Origin: Tubulanus polymorphus | Taxonomy: Eukaryota > Animalia > Nemertea | Assembly: GCF_964204645.1 (NCBI RefSeq) | Contig: NC_134028.1 | Span: 15,197,653-15,261,652, forward strand | DNA length: 64,000 nt | Reading direction: 5' to 3' | In this document: positions 61,512 to 64,000 of the stretch, in pieces | How positions within the stretch are numbered: position 1 is the first letter of the stretch | How the letters are laid out: every line of letters starts with the position of its first letter | Position numbers and translations under genes: made by a program | The notes under the pieces: generated by a model | Databases searched by the model: none | Told to the model about the DNA's origin: nothing | Seen by the model: only the letters and a program-made list of their open reading frames with translations

Positions 61512-62622
61512 TAGAGGTTACCTCCTGTTTTTTGCAATGCAACAACTGATTTTAGTGTCAAATCAAACCTTTCTTTGTACTTAGATAAATAAATTAGTTA
61601 CCTTGTTGACTTTGAAAACTTCTTAATAATATTTTTAAATCGGGAACTGGGGAATTAATTGATTTGAATTGAATTTATTGCCACTATCGGGACGATATAG
61701 ACTATATTAATATGAGAAAATTCAATAGCCTATGTCTCTCTAAAATCACTCTAAATGTTATTTTTTGTTGATAAAATGCATTAATTTTGGAGAATTTCAC
61801 CTTAAGAATTTGAAACAAGAATGATATCTGCATTGGCATCAATGTCAGTCCAAGTTCAAGTCCGAATCCGTAATTTACCCTCCCATCATGCAACACAAAA
61901 AGCCGCCATATTTGTAATGTTGCTTCACTTCAACTATTTTTGAGGCGACTAGTCAAAGTTTTTAGTTACTACGATTGTCAAAAGCTATATAGGATTATAG
62001 ATTTATGCGCAAACAATAGTCAACTTCCATCTGATTACAGAACAGTCAGTTTGAGGTAAGTTGATAGTGTTATAAGGGGTGAAATAGACGCCAAATCCTC
62101 GTCCCTCAAAATTAGAGACGTAAATTAACCTTATATGAATCAAGGTGAGTTCTTTCTTGACATGAAAGCTCATTTTATTTCATAGTCACCCAAAGCATTT
62201 GACTAGTCGCATCAAAAAAGAGTTGAAGTTAAACAAACTTGGTGGCTTTCAATTTATGTGATGGGAATGCTAAATTATGCATTTCGACAAGCATTGCCAA
62301 TGCAGATATTCTTTAATTTTAAAGATATAGGCCTATTGCCTAAATAATAGCCTAAGTTTTTATCAACAACAAATAATATTGAGAATAATTAAGGATAGAT
62401 TTAATTTTTATTTTATCAATTTAGTCCAAGTTTAAAAATCCCAATTGTGATGATGAATTGAAATCAAATCAATGAATTCTAGAAGTATAAAACATCAAAC
62501 ATATAGGTATCAAATACATTTTCTAAGTCAACAAGTTAACTTTTAAGTTTATTAGAGTACAAAAGTTTTATTTGACGATAAAATCAGTGGTTGCATTGCA
62601 AGAAACAGGAGTTAACATCTCT
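61512..62622. mobile_element. Old foldback element with long degenerate inverted arms
   Basis: CTCCTGTTTTTTGCAATGCAAC pairs with GTTGCATTGCAAGAAACAGGAG; GCGACTAGTCAAA pairs with TTTGACTAGTCGC. Confidence 0.65.
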
Positions 62623-62859
62623 AGGCCCAGTTATATGCCTATAGACTGGTGTCAATTTTGACCCAGAGCAAACTCAATTGAAAAATATAGCTGCAAAGCA
62701 CCGATAACGGGTTTTCTGCAAAGTCTTAGAATCCTGTTCAATGGTTAACACAGTTTTATAAGAGGTAGGTTGACAAACAGTCAATTACACCTAGGCCTAC
62801 TCGAAACCATGGACAACTGGACCAGATGGCGAAAGGCTAGGCCTATTAGGAAACAGTAT

Positions 62860-63130
62860 CAATGATAGGTCGCTCAAATGGCTCAGCAGTTAGGCTATCT
62901 CTGAACGAAAACATGTGGCTGAAATCAACGGAACGCCTCATCTTAAAATAACTCGGTCTAACTAGTGGAGTCACGCAAGGAAGTATCCTAAGTCGTCTTC
63001 TCTTTAATGTCCTGATAAATGACATACGCAGTAATACAAAATTTACCTGACCGAGTAAATTTCCAAAATGACCTTAACACAATGTGTTCCCTACATGGAC
63101 AGAAACATGGAAGATGGGCTTCAACCTAAA
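62860..63130 (+). mobile_element. Degenerate LINE (CR1/L2-like) reverse transcriptase fragment
   Basis: TSGVTQGSILSRLLFNVLINDI matches the SGVPQGS..LF..IND motif; downstream WTETWKMGFN. Confidence 0.75.
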
Positions 63131-63164
63131 AGGCATGATATGGATATTGGATACAAAGAAAATC

Positions 63165-63606
63165 CGTGTTCAGATTATACCTTTGTGTTCGAATGAGAAG
63201 ATTATTTTGTTCGAATAAAGATTACTCATTAAGATGAACAGACTATTAAGTTCCACCAAAATTTTGCTCTTTGGAACAAAAAATGCTTCGATGAAACAAT
63301 ATGATTGTTCGAACAAGAAAAACTTAATGTTCTGAAATCTTGTTCGAATAAAAACAATTCTGTTTGATTGAATAATACCGTTTTTGTTCGAACAAAAACT
63401 TTTCTTCATTCTGACAAAAAAATTTGTTCGGATAAAAAGCTATGTTATGTTGAAATGAAAAACTTTTTGTCTTGACAAAAACATTTGGTTGAGCGAAAAC
63501 TATTTTTTTCGAACAAATGTTTGAATGAAAACAATTATGTTCGATTGAACGAAATACTTAACACTTTTGGTTCGGACAAAAATGTTTTACAATGTACTTG
63601 TTCGAA
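63165..63606. repeat. Degenerate array of TTGTTCGAA-containing units
   Basis: Many TGTTCG(A/G)A motifs at ~20-40-bp spacing. Confidence 0.75.
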
Positions 63607-64000
63607 TTAAAGTCTCCTTGTGAGTGGCGTTGCTGACAGTCGCAACCCCTCGCAAGGGGGTATAGGTCAATGAGTTGTTGCGACGCAATCGTCGCTGGCG
63701 GTCGCAGTGAATGGCGTCGCAGTGAGCCACATGCCATCGCAAGGCTGACCTACGCCTGGCTTAAGTCATTAGGAATTAATGAAATACCAGTTTCATTTAT
63801 GATGAAAAAACTCAAATAAAAAGTCTGGCTTATAAAGCTGTCTGCTCAGACAAAATTTTCAAAAAAATCATCATTTTTGCCAATAAAATTGATAATTGTG
63901 ATTGATCGTTGCAAGTCAGAACCAGTTTATCACTAATTAACATGCATTTTAATAAATCTGATTCCTCATTTACAGTGAACTTAGCTTTAACCTAGTATAG

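Overview
AT-rich, repeat-dense eukaryotic (probably invertebrate) genomic DNA. It holds two related ~17.5-kb Polinton/Maverick-type endogenous viruses in opposite orientation: copy A at 1533-18975 with a 6-bp TSD TGGGTA, and copy B at 37433-54917 with its left end cut at the hairpin loop. Each carries pPolB, rve integrase with chromodomain, A32-like packaging ATPase, putative major and minor capsid genes, an HNH nuclease and several membrane-protein ORFs; I found no adenain-type protease. Between them lies an apparently intact 8.6-kb CACTA/EnSpm (CMC) transposon (28057-36666). The rest is minisatellites, foldback/MITE elements, a Penelope-like palindrome, a LINE fragment and probable USP exons. 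Three features stand out. (1) The Polinton ends are ~270-bp fold-back hairpins with compensatory changes between copies and mismatches that are G-T/G-A on only the 3'-terminal strand. (2) Nearly every gene starts in a poxvirus-late-promoter-like T-tract..TAAATG context. (3) Five polymerase lesions are shared by the two copies despite synonymous-biased divergence between them. Points 1 and 2 suggest, as inference, an integrated satellite or virophage-like element dependent on a pox-like helper virus. All calls are by eye; no database searches were run.
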